64,000 bases of DNA. Source: Candidatus Oxydemutatoraceae bacterium. GTDB taxonomy: Bacteria > Pseudomonadota > Gammaproteobacteria > Poriferisulfidales > Oxydemutatoraceae. The notes beneath the pieces were generated by a model. It had not been told where the DNA came from. It saw only the letters and a program-made list of their open reading frames with translations, and made no database searches. The stretch spans positions 1,216,001 to 1,280,000 of the forward strand of contig OZ244717.1 of the NCBI GenBank assembly GCA_965218975.1, given 5' to 3'. Shown here in pieces: positions 53,611 through 63,147 of this stretch (the first letter of the stretch is position 1; each line of letters begins with the position of its first letter). Both the position numbers and the translations under genes were made by a program.

Positions 53611-54375
53611 ATGAATACCCAAGCAAAGAATTTAGTCATAGGTAATTGGAAATTACACGGGTCGCAGCGGGAAAATATTTCTTTGATCAAGAGTCTCAAA
53701 TCAGCGCTTGATAATTTGCCTGCCGCTGAATTTGTTGTTTGCCCTCCGTATGTTTATTTACCGCAAGTCGGTGAATTGATTCAAGGAAGTAACATTATGC
53801 TGGGTGCGCAAAATGTATCCGATCAGGAGAGTGGGGCATTTACCGGTGAGGTATCGGCAGCAATGTTGGCTGAATTGAGCTGTCGCTACGTAATCGTCGG
53901 GCACATGGAAAGACGTACTCTTTATAGCGAAGACAATGCGTTGATCGCACGCAAATATACCGCTGTTCAAAAAGCCGGATTAGTACCGATTCTATGCGTT
54001 GGCGAAACGCTTGAGCAACATCGTCGAGGAGAAACGCAAACCGTGATTGCCGAACAACTGCAATCTTGCTTAAGCCCCTCTTGTGATTCTGCGCCGATTA
54101 TTGCGTATGAGCCAGGTTGGGCGATCGGTACCGGTCAGAGTGCGACTCCCGAGCAAATTTTGGAAGTGCATCGTTTCATAAGCGATTTCGTCAGTCAATT
54201 GATTCGGCAAGCATCTGTTTTACCTAGGGTGGTTTACGGTGGCAGCATAAAAACGGATAATGCGCGTATGTTGTTTGACATCAATTATGTGAATGGCGCT
54301 TTGGTAGGCGGCGCTTCACTGGATGCTTTAGCGTTCGGTTTGATTGCTCAGGCAGCTTGTAAAGGCGCCGCATAA
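53611..54375 (+). CDS. tpiA: Triosephosphate isomerase
   Basis: GNWK, GHMERR, AYEPGWAIGTG, LVGGASL. Confidence 0.96.
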   Translation: MNTQAKNLVIGNWKLHGSQRENISLIKSLKSALDNLPAAEFVVCPPYVYLPQVGELIQGSNIMLGAQNVSDQESGAFTGEVSAAMLAELSCRYVIVGHMERRTLYSEDNALIARKYTAVQKAGLVPILCVGETLEQHRRGETQTVIAEQLQSCLSPSCDSAPIIAYEPGWAIGTGQSATPEQILEVHRFISDFVSQLIRQASVLPRVVYGGSIKTDNARMLFDINYVNGALVGGASLDALAFGLIAQAACKGAA

Positions 54376-54395
54376 CCCAATACGGCAGTTTTTTT

Positions 54396-54764
54396 ATGTT
54401 ATATACAATTTTTTTAGTATTCGGTGTATTTTTAGCATTAGCTTTGGTCGTGCTTATTCTATTGCATCGCGGGCGCGGCGCCGATGTCGGCGCAGCATTT
54501 GGAGGCGGGGCTTCGGGGACTGTTTTCGGCGCCAAAGGAGCGACTTCTTTTCTTGGCAGAGTGATTAGTATTTTGTCAGTGCTATTTTTTGTGAACATTT
54601 TATCTTTGACTTATGTTGCTAATCGGGACTTTATAGGTGACGACATTGTCGAGCAAGTAGAAAATATTAATACCTTCACTGAGGATACAAACATTGATAC
54701 TGAGGCGCTGGTTGAAGAAGAAGGAGTAGGCGAAGCAACGGTGGCGCCTGAAGTTCCCAATTAG
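54396..54764 (+). CDS. secG: Preprotein translocase subunit SecG
   Basis: GADVGAAFGGGASGTVFG between two TM helices. Confidence 0.95.
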   Translation: MLYTIFLVFGVFLALALVVLILLHRGRGADVGAAFGGGASGTVFGAKGATSFLGRVISILSVLFFVNILSLTYVANRDFIGDDIVEQVENINTFTEDTNIDTEALVEEEGVGEATVAPEVPN

Positions 54765-54789
54765 CGGCATTTCAGTTTTTTAATACCAA

Positions 54790-54874
54790 GCCGATGTGGT
54801 GGAACAGGTAGACACGCTGTCTTGAGGGGGCAGTGGCTTCGGCCGTGCCGGTTCGAGTCCGGCCATCGGCACCA
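54790..54874 (+). tRNA. tRNA-Leu(GAG)
   Basis: GCCGATG/CATCGGC acceptor stem, anticodon GAG, long variable arm, GTTCGAG, encoded CCA. Confidence 0.97.
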
Positions 54875-55024
54875 CAATGTGGTGCATCTATACAATCACC
54901 CTCAAATTTATTTTAGTATGAGTGATATCCTCTTACTAGGAAATCATGATACCCATAAAGTGCATCATATAATGCATAAGTCTTTTGTAGATTCTCGTAT
55001 ATAATGAAACCCTTGACAATTTGG

Positions 55025-55101
<77 letters not shown>

Positions 55102-55229
55102 CACAATTAATCGCTGTTGAGTGTTAATTTTCTGCTACTGCTCGGCTTTTTGTACTGTAATTCTCTTGCGGGAGGCTGCGGTTGTATAAAGACGGATACA
55201 TACCGAGAAATATTTTTCAATTGTACCGT

Positions 55230-55510
55230 TGTACGATGCCACCCTGGTAGGATTCTTGCAGGGTGAGACGCGCCCGGAAAACCGAACGGTTTTCAGCGGC
55301 GAACGACCCGACAAGGACGTCGGGGCTGGGGCTCATTGACAGAACCAAGTTGCGTCATGGACGACGTGTACTTTGCTAATAATCCGGCACAATCCACCGA
55401 CAACCCTGCTACCAAACACAAAAAGGTTTCAAATATTTCTGAGCTTATGCAGCATACCGGTTACCTTTTCGAGTCGTGCCGTGAGTCCCGTATGTATATG
55501 ACACTATGCA
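55230..55510 (-). mobile_element. 281-bp MITE-like IS481 derivative: two ends plus one R cassette
   Basis: TGTACGATGCCAC at 55230, R core 55259-55360 plus tail, left end TGCATAGTGTCATATACAT at 55510. No TSD. Confidence 0.85.
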
Positions 55511-56106
55511 GTCTGCATCAGGTTCAGGATGCCCTGCAAGTTCCTAACATGTAGCTCAAGTGTGTTATTGCCTATCCGAAATTGTGATGGGAAGTTGATT
55601 GCTAATCGCCATTCTTTTTCGCCTGCAAACTCGCGAGGTTTAGAAAAGTACTTGCGGTTCCATGATTCGCTAGGCCCAGGATCAGTTTCAAGCTGTTCGA
55701 CCTTGCCGTACTCAATTTTTTGGAAGCTTATATGGCTCCCTTTTACTATGGAGCAAATATTTTCGACTCGTTTCTCCAGTTCGGTTAGACCCGAAATCTC
55801 GAAAATATATTTTCCAAATTTTGTTAACGGAATTTCACTAAAGCTCAGCATGAAAAACGGTATGATCGGGACGTCACTGTCGTCATCAAGATCATGACAG
55901 ATTTGTCCATTGGGCAATTTATATGATCCGATCCCTTCTGAAGGGTCTGCAGACAAATCTTCCCCAGGTTCACGAAAATACCTGGGCGATCGGAACCAAA
56001 GTATTCCTTTCAGATGATTGTAGAGTGCCTCTCTACTATTAGTTGTCCGGAAAAGAGTGGCCGGAAGTTCGGTCATACTTCTTTTGCTGTGGTTGGCGAT
56101 ATTCAT
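55504..56106 (-). CDS. Hypothetical protein with a DUF2971-like F.K..F..E.EWR motif
   Basis: YFSKPREFAGEKEWRL; the stop codon lies within the IS end. Confidence 0.6.
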   Translation of the reverse strand: MNIANHSKRSMTELPATLFRTTNSREALYNHLKGILWFRSPRYFREPGEDLSADPSEGIGSYKLPNGQICHDLDDDSDVPIIPFFMLSFSEIPLTKFGKYIFEISGLTELEKRVENICSIVKGSHISFQKIEYGKVEQLETDPGPSESWNRKYFSKPREFAGEKEWRLAINFPSQFRIGNNTLELHVRNLQGILNLMQTA

Positions 56107-56393
56107 GAAGTTGCGTTGTAAGGGAATCTCTTTAATTTGCCGAATAATGGATTGATAAGCTATCCTACTATAGAATAGCCAACAAGCACGATATAGTTTT
56201 CAGTTCATACCTTTTAATAGCGCGCGAGTGTACGGCAAGCGAACCAAAGCCAAGCTACAAGATCGGGGGCTGCCTCAAGGAATTGAGAGCTGTGAAAATA
56301 GCAAACAACGCGAACCAAAATCCGATCACCGAGATCCTCATAAATCGCCGAAGTTTTTGAGGTTGATATTGGTGATTTAATACGGAAGTAATT

Positions 56394-59300
56394 ATGGCCG
56401 ATCATTCCGACCTGACGTTTATCACGAACGAAAAGGGGCAAAGTCTCCTTGAGCGTTTCAAGGTGTTGATCAAAGACACCGAATTTTTTGATGTCCTGGT
56501 CGGCTACTTTTTTACTAGCGGCTTTCATGCTCTCCATAAACCGTTGGAGAGAACAAAGAAAATTAGAATCCTCACCGGTATCGGCACCGACAGGCAAACG
56601 CTCGATCTGATAAAGCAAGCCAAACAGCAGGAGCTCCGATTTTCCCATGCAGAAACCAAAGAGTGTTTTTCCGGCTGCTTGGTTAACGAGATGGAAAATT
56701 CCGAAGACAGCAAGAAGCTTGAAGAAGGAGTAGAGAAGTTTTTGGAGTGGCTGCGAAGCGGAAAACTGGAGATCAGAGCGTATCCGACGAAGAATGTCCA
56801 TGCCAAGCTCTACATTATGTCGTTTATTGAAGGTGATCGCGACGTCGGTCGTGTAATCACCGGTTCAAGCAACTTCACGCAATCCGGTTTGGTGGACAAC
56901 CTTGAGTTTAATGCAGAGCTCAAGATGCGCGCGGACTATGACTTTGCCAAGCAAAGGTTCGAGGATCTCTGGGAAAACGCCGTTGACGTGAGCGACAAAT
57001 ACGTTCAAACCATCCGAGAAAAAACCTGGCTTAACGACACCATCACGCCATACCAACTTTATCTCAAATTCCTCTACGAGTATTTCAGAGATGAGCTGCG
57101 CCAATCCGATGAGGTAATTTTCAAATACGTTCCGACGGAGTTTAAGCATCTGGAGTATCAACGGCAGGCCGTATTGAATGCCAAAAAAATTCTGGAGGAG
57201 CACGGCGGCGTGTTTCTCTCGGATGTCGTAGGCCTCGGAAAAACCTATGTGTCCGCAATGCTTGCAGATCAGCTTGACGGCAGAAACCTCGTCTTGGCGC
57301 CACCCATTCTGCTTGATGAAACCAACCCCGGTTCTTGGAAAAATGTCTTCTCGGATTTTCACGTGCCCGCGGCCTTCGAATCGCTCGGCAAGCTGGAACA
57401 GCTCACGCGCCGCGGCACGGAAAAATACAAAAATATCTTCATAGACGAGGCACACCGTTTCCGCACAGAATCAAACGTCACTTATGAAAAACTGGCGCAG
57501 ATTTGCCGCGGCAAGAGGGTTGTGCTTGTTACGGCAACTCCGCTCAACAACACGCCGAAGGACATATTGAGCCAAATTAAGCTGTTTCAAAATGCGAGGA
57601 AAAGTACCATCCCAGGCATGTCCGACCTGGAGTCGTTTTTTGGTCGACTGGAGCAGAAAATCAAAAAGCTGGATCGCCAAAAAGACCGCGCCGAATACAT
57701 GCAAACCGCGAAGGAAAATGCGCGGGAGGCTCGCGAGTCCGTTTTGAAATACCTCATGGTACGGCGCACAAGAAAGGAAATTGAAAATTACTTTGCCGAC
57801 GACTTGAAAAGTCAGAAGCTCAAATTTCCCAAGGTAGAGAATCCGCAACCGGCTTTCTATCAGCTCAACGCGGAAGAAAGCAAGGTGTTTGACAAGACCG
57901 TCGGATTCATTGCCGGGCAACTCTGTTACGCGCGCTATATACCTATGTCCTACTACGAGGGCGAGGACAGGCCGAGCTCGTTTGAGATACAGGCGCAGAA
58001 AAACATGGGCAGTTTCATGAAAATTTTGTTCATCAAGCGGCTGGAGAGCAGTTTTTACGCCTTCCGAAAGACAGTCAACCGTTTTATTTCAAACTACGAA
58101 TTGTTCCTCAAAGCGTTGGAGGAAGGCAATGTTTACGTCAGCAAAAAGCACTCCAACAAAATCTTTGAGCTCCTTGGCAACGACGACGACGAAGCCATTC
58201 AAAAACTCCTTGAGAGCGATAAAGCAAGAAAGTATTCGGCAAAGGATTTTAGCGACGCGCTAAAGCAAGACCTGGAAAATGACCTTGCAATTCTGCGGGA
58301 AATTCAAAGACTGTGGCGCGGTGTGAAGCGCGATCCGAAACTCCTCTTCTTTGTAAAACTTCTTTTGACCCACCCTGTTTTGAAGCAAAACAAGCTTATT
58401 GTTTTTACCGAGGCTAAAGAAACTGCCGACTATCTTGCCGAGAATCTCGAGGAAAAACTCCCGGGCGAAGCGCTTGTTTTCACCGGCACTTCAAGCGCGG
58501 AGACCCGGCAAAAAGTTATTGAAAATTTTGACGCGCGCGCCCGTTTTCCTAAAGACGATTACAGAATCCTCATCGCAACCGAAGTGTTGTCGGAAGGCGT
58601 GAATCTGCACCGCTCCAACGTAGTCGTCAACTACGATATTCCGTGGAATCCGACCCGGCTCATGCAACGTGCCGGACGGATTAACCGCGTGGATACCTCG
58701 TTTGATACAATATACAGCTTCAACTTTTTTCCGACCGAAGAGTCAAACGATCAAATCAAGCTCAAAGAAGCCGCCGAGGCAAAGATACAGGCGTTTATCA
58801 CGCTTTTAGGCGCCGATGCGCAGATTCTTACCGATGGAGAAGTCATTGAATCGCATGAGCTTTTCAACCGGCTGATTTCCAAAAAGACCATTACCGGCGA
58901 GGACGATGAAGCAGAAAGCGAATTGAAGTATTTGCAAGTTATTCGGGGTATTCGCGACAACGACCCCGACTTATTTGAGAAAATAAAGCGTCTGCCGAAG
59001 AAAGCGCGCACTGCCAGAAAGGGCCCGCCTGCGTATGGGGACGCACAGGCAGGCCTGAAAGAAAATCAGCTCTTGACATATTTTAGAAAGAGCAAGTTAC
59101 AGAAATTTTTCTTGGTCGGCAAAGACAACCCGGAAGAGCTTGACTTCATGAGCGCGGCAAGCCGGCTTGAAGCCGAAGCGCAAGTCAGGCGGGAAAAACC
59201 GCCCGCTGATTTCTACGACAAGCTTGAGAAAAACAAACAAGCCTTTTTCTTTGCCACAAGCGAAGCAGCGGAGGAACTCAAAAGCGCTCCGCGCAGTGGC

Positions 59301-59618
59301 CGGGACAGCGCTATGCAAGCGCTCAGGATCCTTAAGGCGTTAAGAGACTTACGGCAATATACCGAAGACCAGGAAGCGTATCTCAACAGAGTGATGAACC
59401 GATTGGAAGAAGACGCTTTGCCGAAGCAGACGGCAAGCGCTGTGCTCAAGGCGCTCAACACAGAGCTCCGGTCCGGCAGGCCAAGCCCGCTTAAAGTGCT
59501 CGCGATTTTGCGCAACAACATCCCGGATGAATTTCTGAAAAGCCACATTACAGAAAGCGCCGCGCACACATCCGGACCGAGGGAAGTCATTTTGTCCGAA
59601 TACCTGATCAGCGAATAA
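56394..59618 (+). CDS. PLD-nuclease / SNF2-like helicase fusion
   Basis: HAKLYI..TGSSNFT, SDVVGLGKT, DEAH, TATP.NN, SEGVNL, QRAGRINR. Confidence 0.92.
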   Translation: MADHSDLTFITNEKGQSLLERFKVLIKDTEFFDVLVGYFFTSGFHALHKPLERTKKIRILTGIGTDRQTLDLIKQAKQQELRFSHAETKECFSGCLVNEMENSEDSKKLEEGVEKFLEWLRSGKLEIRAYPTKNVHAKLYIMSFIEGDRDVGRVITGSSNFTQSGLVDNLEFNAELKMRADYDFAKQRFEDLWENAVDVSDKYVQTIREKTWLNDTITPYQLYLKFLYEYFRDELRQSDEVIFKYVPTEFKHLEYQRQAVLNAKKILEEHGGVFLSDVVGLGKTYVSAMLADQLDGRNLVLAPPILLDETNPGSWKNVFSDFHVPAAFESLGKLEQLTRRGTEKYKNIFIDEAHRFRTESNVTYEKLAQICRGKRVVLVTATPLNNTPKDILSQIKLFQNARKSTIPGMSDLESFFGRLEQKIKKLDRQKDRAEYMQTAKENAREARESVLKYLMVRRTRKEIENYFADDLKSQKLKFPKVENPQPAFYQLNAEESKVFDKTVGFIAGQLCYARYIPMSYYEGEDRPSSFEIQAQKNMGSFMKILFIKRLESSFYAFRKTVNRFISNYELFLKALEEGNVYVSKKHSNKIFELLGNDDDEAIQKLLESDKARKYSAKDFSDALKQDLENDLAILREIQRLWRGVKRDPKLLFFVKLLLTHPVLKQNKLIVFTEAKETADYLAENLEEKLPGEALVFTGTSSAETRQKVIENFDARARFPKDDYRILIATEVLSEGVNLHRSNVVVNYDIPWNPTRLMQRAGRINRVDTSFDTIYSFNFFPTEESNDQIKLKEAAEAKIQAFITLLGADAQILTDGEVIESHELFNRLISKKTITGEDDEAESELKYLQVIRGIRDNDPDLFEKIKRLPKKARTARKGPPAYGDAQAGLKENQLLTYFRKSKLQKFFLVGKDNPEELDFMSAASRLEAEAQVRREKPPADFYDKLEKNKQAFFFATSEAAEELKSAPRSGRDSAMQALRILKALRDLRQYTEDQEAYLNRVMNRLEEDALPKQTASAVLKALNTELRSGRPSPLKVLAILRNNIPDEFLKSHITESAAHTSGPREVILSEYLISE

Positions 59619-62600
59619 TGCAAAAAGCAGCCGCTCAAAGACTGGTACGGGAGACATTGCAAGATTCTTTTGACCGGGAGCACTTCGTTTGGTTGGTCAA
59701 AAATGTCCTCAACAAATTTGACGAGTCTAAAGCACTCCATGCACGCGGATATGTTAAGGAAAAATTCAAAAATACAGTCCGAACCTACGAGCGTATCGGT
59801 ACCTACACTGATGCCAACGACAAGAACAACGACAAGAAAATAGATTTGCTCATCGTGCATTTGCAAAGAGCCAGCTCTATTGAACGAGCGAGAACCTCCC
59901 TGCGCAATTTTGTTGCTGACTACCTAAAGCAGCGAGGTATGAAAGACGCAGCGCTGGTAGCATTTGTCGCGCCCAATGGCGCCGACTGGCGTTTCTCCTT
60001 CGTCAAGATGGAGTACAAATTCGATGAGGAAGGCAAAGTTAAAGAGGAATTCACTCCGGCCCGGCGCTACTCCTTTCTGGTCGGAGAAAATGAAAACAGC
60101 CACACTGCGCAAAGCCGTCTTGTGCCGATTCTCTTAAACGATGAAGTCAATCCGACACTTGAACAACTGGAAGAAGCTTTTAGCGTTGAGCGGGTCACCA
60201 AAGAATTTTTTGAGAAGTACCACGACCTCTTTTCATGGCTCAAAGGATTGCTTGACGATGGTGTCGAGAAAGACGCCAAAATCAAAGCCGATTTCAAAGA
60301 GAAAAACATTAGTAGCGCAGACTTTGCCAAGAAACTCCTGGGCCAGATCGTGTTCCTTTACTTCCTTCAAAAGAAGGGCTGGTTCGGTGTTGCGCGCGAT
60401 CAGGAATGGGGGTCGGGCTCCAGGCGTTTTCTGAGAGAACTCTTCGAAAAGAAGCACGGCAGTTACAGAAACTTTTTCAACGATATTTTAGAGCCGCTTT
60501 TCTACGAAGCGCTGCGTCTTGAACGCCCCTCCGATGACTACTACAGTCGCTTCAAATGTCGCATTCCGTTTCTAAACGGCGGACTTTTTGATCCGTTGGG
60601 CGACTACGATTGGCAGAAGACGAACATCCTCCTACCCGACGATCTTTTCTCCAACGATCGCAAGACCAAAGAGGGCGACGAGGGCGACGGAGTTTTGGAT
60701 ATCTTTGACCGCTACAACTTCACCGTCAAAGAAGACGAGCCGTTGGAAAAAGAGGTTGCCATTGATCCGGAAATGCTCGGCAAAGTCTTTGAAAATATCT
60801 TGGAGGCCAAAGACCGCAAATCCAAAGGCACCTATTACACCCCGCGTGAAATTGTGCACTACATGTGTCAGGAAAGTCTGATCAACTATCTGGCGGCCGA
60901 GCTTGGCCTGTCTGCGGGGAGCAAACAGACAGACGAAGGCATCAGCAAAGAAGATATCGAAACGCTCATTAAATACGGCGAGGCTGCAACGGAGCACGAC
61001 AGCCGCGTGGTAGACAAAGGTCGCGAGACGGAAAGGTATCCCTTCAAACTTCCTCAGAGCGTGCGCGAGCGCGCCCAACTCATCGACGACAAGCTCGCCG
61101 CGGTCCGTGTTTGCGACCCGGCGGTCGGCTCCGGCGCGTTTCCGGTCGGTATGATGAACGAAATCGTCAGGACTCGGAACACCCTCACGGCTTACCTGCC
61201 CGCGCGTCCCACACAGACAGACCTATCTACGGACGTACAGGTGAACAAAAACGAACAACGCAGCCCGTATCACTTCAAACGCCACGCGATTCAAAACTGT
61301 CTCTACGGCGTGGACATTGACCCGGGCGCCGTGGAAATCACCAAGCTCCGCTTGTATCTTTCTCTTGTTGTGGACGAAGAAGAACGCGACAACATCCGGC
61401 CGCTGCCGAACCTTGATTATAAAATTGTGCAAGGCAATTCGCTTTTAAGCGTGGACGTAAAAGAAGATATTTTCCGCAGGAGATTGTTCTTCCCCAAACT
61501 GGAAGAACTCAAAACGCTCTATTTCAGTGAAACTAACGCCGGCAAAAAGCAGGAATACCGCAAACAGATCAACGACCGCATCAGCTGGATTAACGGCGGC
61601 CAAAAGAGTTTTAGTTTTGAAGTGTACTTCTCGGAGGTATTTCACGATCTGCCTATCGCAACGCAGGCGGGTCTATCTGCGTGCGGAAACGCGCGGGCAG
61701 GGAAAAGCGGGTTTGATGTGGTGATTGCCAATCCGCCGTATGTTAAAGAGTACGTTAACCGCTCCGCATTTGATGGTCTCAGAAACTCGCCATACTATCA
61801 AGGCAAAATAGATCTATGGTACATGTTTGCGTGTGGGGCCATAGATGTATTGAAGGAGCATGGCATTCTGGCATTTATTGCTCAGAATAACTGGGTTACC
61901 AGCCACGGCGCTTCAAAAATGAGAAACAAGATAATGAGAGACACTCAGATTTTAAATCTCTCTGATTTTGGCGCTTTCAAAATTTTTGAGGCCGGTATTC
62001 AAACAATGGTAATGATATTCCAAAAGAATGCCGAGTTAGAAAACTATTCATTCGATTATAGAAGACTCTTGGGTGATGATCTTGAAATAAGCAATGTTGT
62101 AGCACTGCTGAACAAACGGAAGAGTGCCAAAATAGAATACTTGACTCCAGAAATTGAGAAAGCTCGATTTATAGACAAGCCACTTACATTTAGCTCTTCT
62201 GATATTCAGCGGATACTTGGGAAAATTTTAGAAAACTCTAATTTCAATATGGATTCGATTGAGGAAGTTGCGCAAGGTATCGTATCACCACAAGATTATG
62301 TCAATAGAGCAAGCCAAAAAGCTCTAGGCGAGAATTTCAAAATTGGTGCGGGAATTTTTACGTTATCCACTGATGAACTTAAGGCGCTACCATTATCCAG
62401 AAATGAGTTACAACTCATTAGACCCTTTTATACAACTGATGAATTGAGTAGATGGCAAGCTAATTCTCACAACCAAAGATGGATTATCTATACAGACTCA
62501 AGCTTCAAAAACAAGAAAAAATTAAAGAACTATCCAAACGTAAAAAAACACCTTGACCAATTTAAAAAAGTTATCACTTCAGACAATGGCCCCTATGGGC

Positions 62601-63127
62601 TTCACAGAGCACGAAATGAATACTTCTTTAAGGGAGAAAAAATTATTGCGGTCAGGAAATGCGCGCGTCCTACTTTTACTTATGTTTATTTTGATAGTTA
62701 TGTATCAGCAACTTTTTACATCATCAAAACAAAGCGCGTCAATCAAAAATATCTTGTTGGGCTTTTGAATTCACAATTGATTGCATTCTGGTTAAGGCAT
62801 AAGGGGAAAATGCAAGGCACAAATTATCAGGTTGACAAAGAACCCCTTGTTAACCTTCCTCTTATCAGGCCAGATCTAGAAGTGCAGAGAACAGCAGAGC
62901 GAATAGTCAACAAAATCTTTGCTATCACCAAAGAAGACGACTATTTAGAAAACGCCACCAAGCAAGTCAAGGTCCGCGAGCACGAAAAACAAATTGACCG
63001 ATTAGTTTATAAACTTTACGGGCTTACCGAAGATGAAATCAAAATTATGGAAGGCAAATAAGCCCCGCCTGTGTGAAGGTGCTCGCAGACAGACTTGTCC
63101 GCGTGTAACACGTAGGCGGGCCTGCCC
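59024..63127. repeat. Dispersed ~20-30-bp palindromic elements (consensus CCTGYCTG-N-CAGRCAGG)
   Basis: 59024-59053, 60907-60933, 61195-61241 (two), 61648-61701 (two), 63064-63127 (two plus a partial). Confidence 0.75.
59618..63061 (+). CDS. Eco57I/type IIG-like N6-adenine DNA methyltransferase with C-terminal specificity region
   Basis: PFLNGGLF, GTYYTP, DPAVGSGAF, NPPY, YGLT..EI..ME. TAATG overlap with the helicase gene. Confidence 0.92.
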   Translation: MQKAAAQRLVRETLQDSFDREHFVWLVKNVLNKFDESKALHARGYVKEKFKNTVRTYERIGTYTDANDKNNDKKIDLLIVHLQRASSIERARTSLRNFVADYLKQRGMKDAALVAFVAPNGADWRFSFVKMEYKFDEEGKVKEEFTPARRYSFLVGENENSHTAQSRLVPILLNDEVNPTLEQLEEAFSVERVTKEFFEKYHDLFSWLKGLLDDGVEKDAKIKADFKEKNISSADFAKKLLGQIVFLYFLQKKGWFGVARDQEWGSGSRRFLRELFEKKHGSYRNFFNDILEPLFYEALRLERPSDDYYSRFKCRIPFLNGGLFDPLGDYDWQKTNILLPDDLFSNDRKTKEGDEGDGVLDIFDRYNFTVKEDEPLEKEVAIDPEMLGKVFENILEAKDRKSKGTYYTPREIVHYMCQESLINYLAAELGLSAGSKQTDEGISKEDIETLIKYGEAATEHDSRVVDKGRETERYPFKLPQSVRERAQLIDDKLAAVRVCDPAVGSGAFPVGMMNEIVRTRNTLTAYLPARPTQTDLSTDVQVNKNEQRSPYHFKRHAIQNCLYGVDIDPGAVEITKLRLYLSLVVDEEERDNIRPLPNLDYKIVQGNSLLSVDVKEDIFRRRLFFPKLEELKTLYFSETNAGKKQEYRKQINDRISWINGGQKSFSFEVYFSEVFHDLPIATQAGLSACGNARAGKSGFDVVIANPPYVKEYVNRSAFDGLRNSPYYQGKIDLWYMFACGAIDVLKEHGILAFIAQNNWVTSHGASKMRNKIMRDTQILNLSDFGAFKIFEAGIQTMVMIFQKNAELENYSFDYRRLLGDDLEISNVVALLNKRKSAKIEYLTPEIEKARFIDKPLTFSSSDIQRILGKILENSNFNMDSIEEVAQGIVSPQDYVNRASQKALGENFKIGAGIFTLSTDELKALPLSRNELQLIRPFYTTDELSRWQANSHNQRWIIYTDSSFKNKKKLKNYPNVKKHLDQFKKVITSDNGPYGLHRARNEYFFKGEKIIAVRKCARPTFTYVYFDSYVSATFYIIKTKRVNQKYLVGLLNSQLIAFWLRHKGKMQGTNYQVDKEPLVNLPLIRPDLEVQRTAERIVNKIFAITKEDDYLENATKQVKVREHEKQIDRLVYKLYGLTEDEIKIMEGK

Positions 63128-63147
63128 GATGTTATTAGTAGGGTGAA

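Noticed and set aside
56214-61724. Long antisense ORFs over the helicase and methyltransferase (e.g. 56214-56801, 59213-59866)
   Set aside because: Shadow frames of strongly supported plus-strand genes; the same applies to antisense ORFs over guaB, ftsH and the binding-protein gene.
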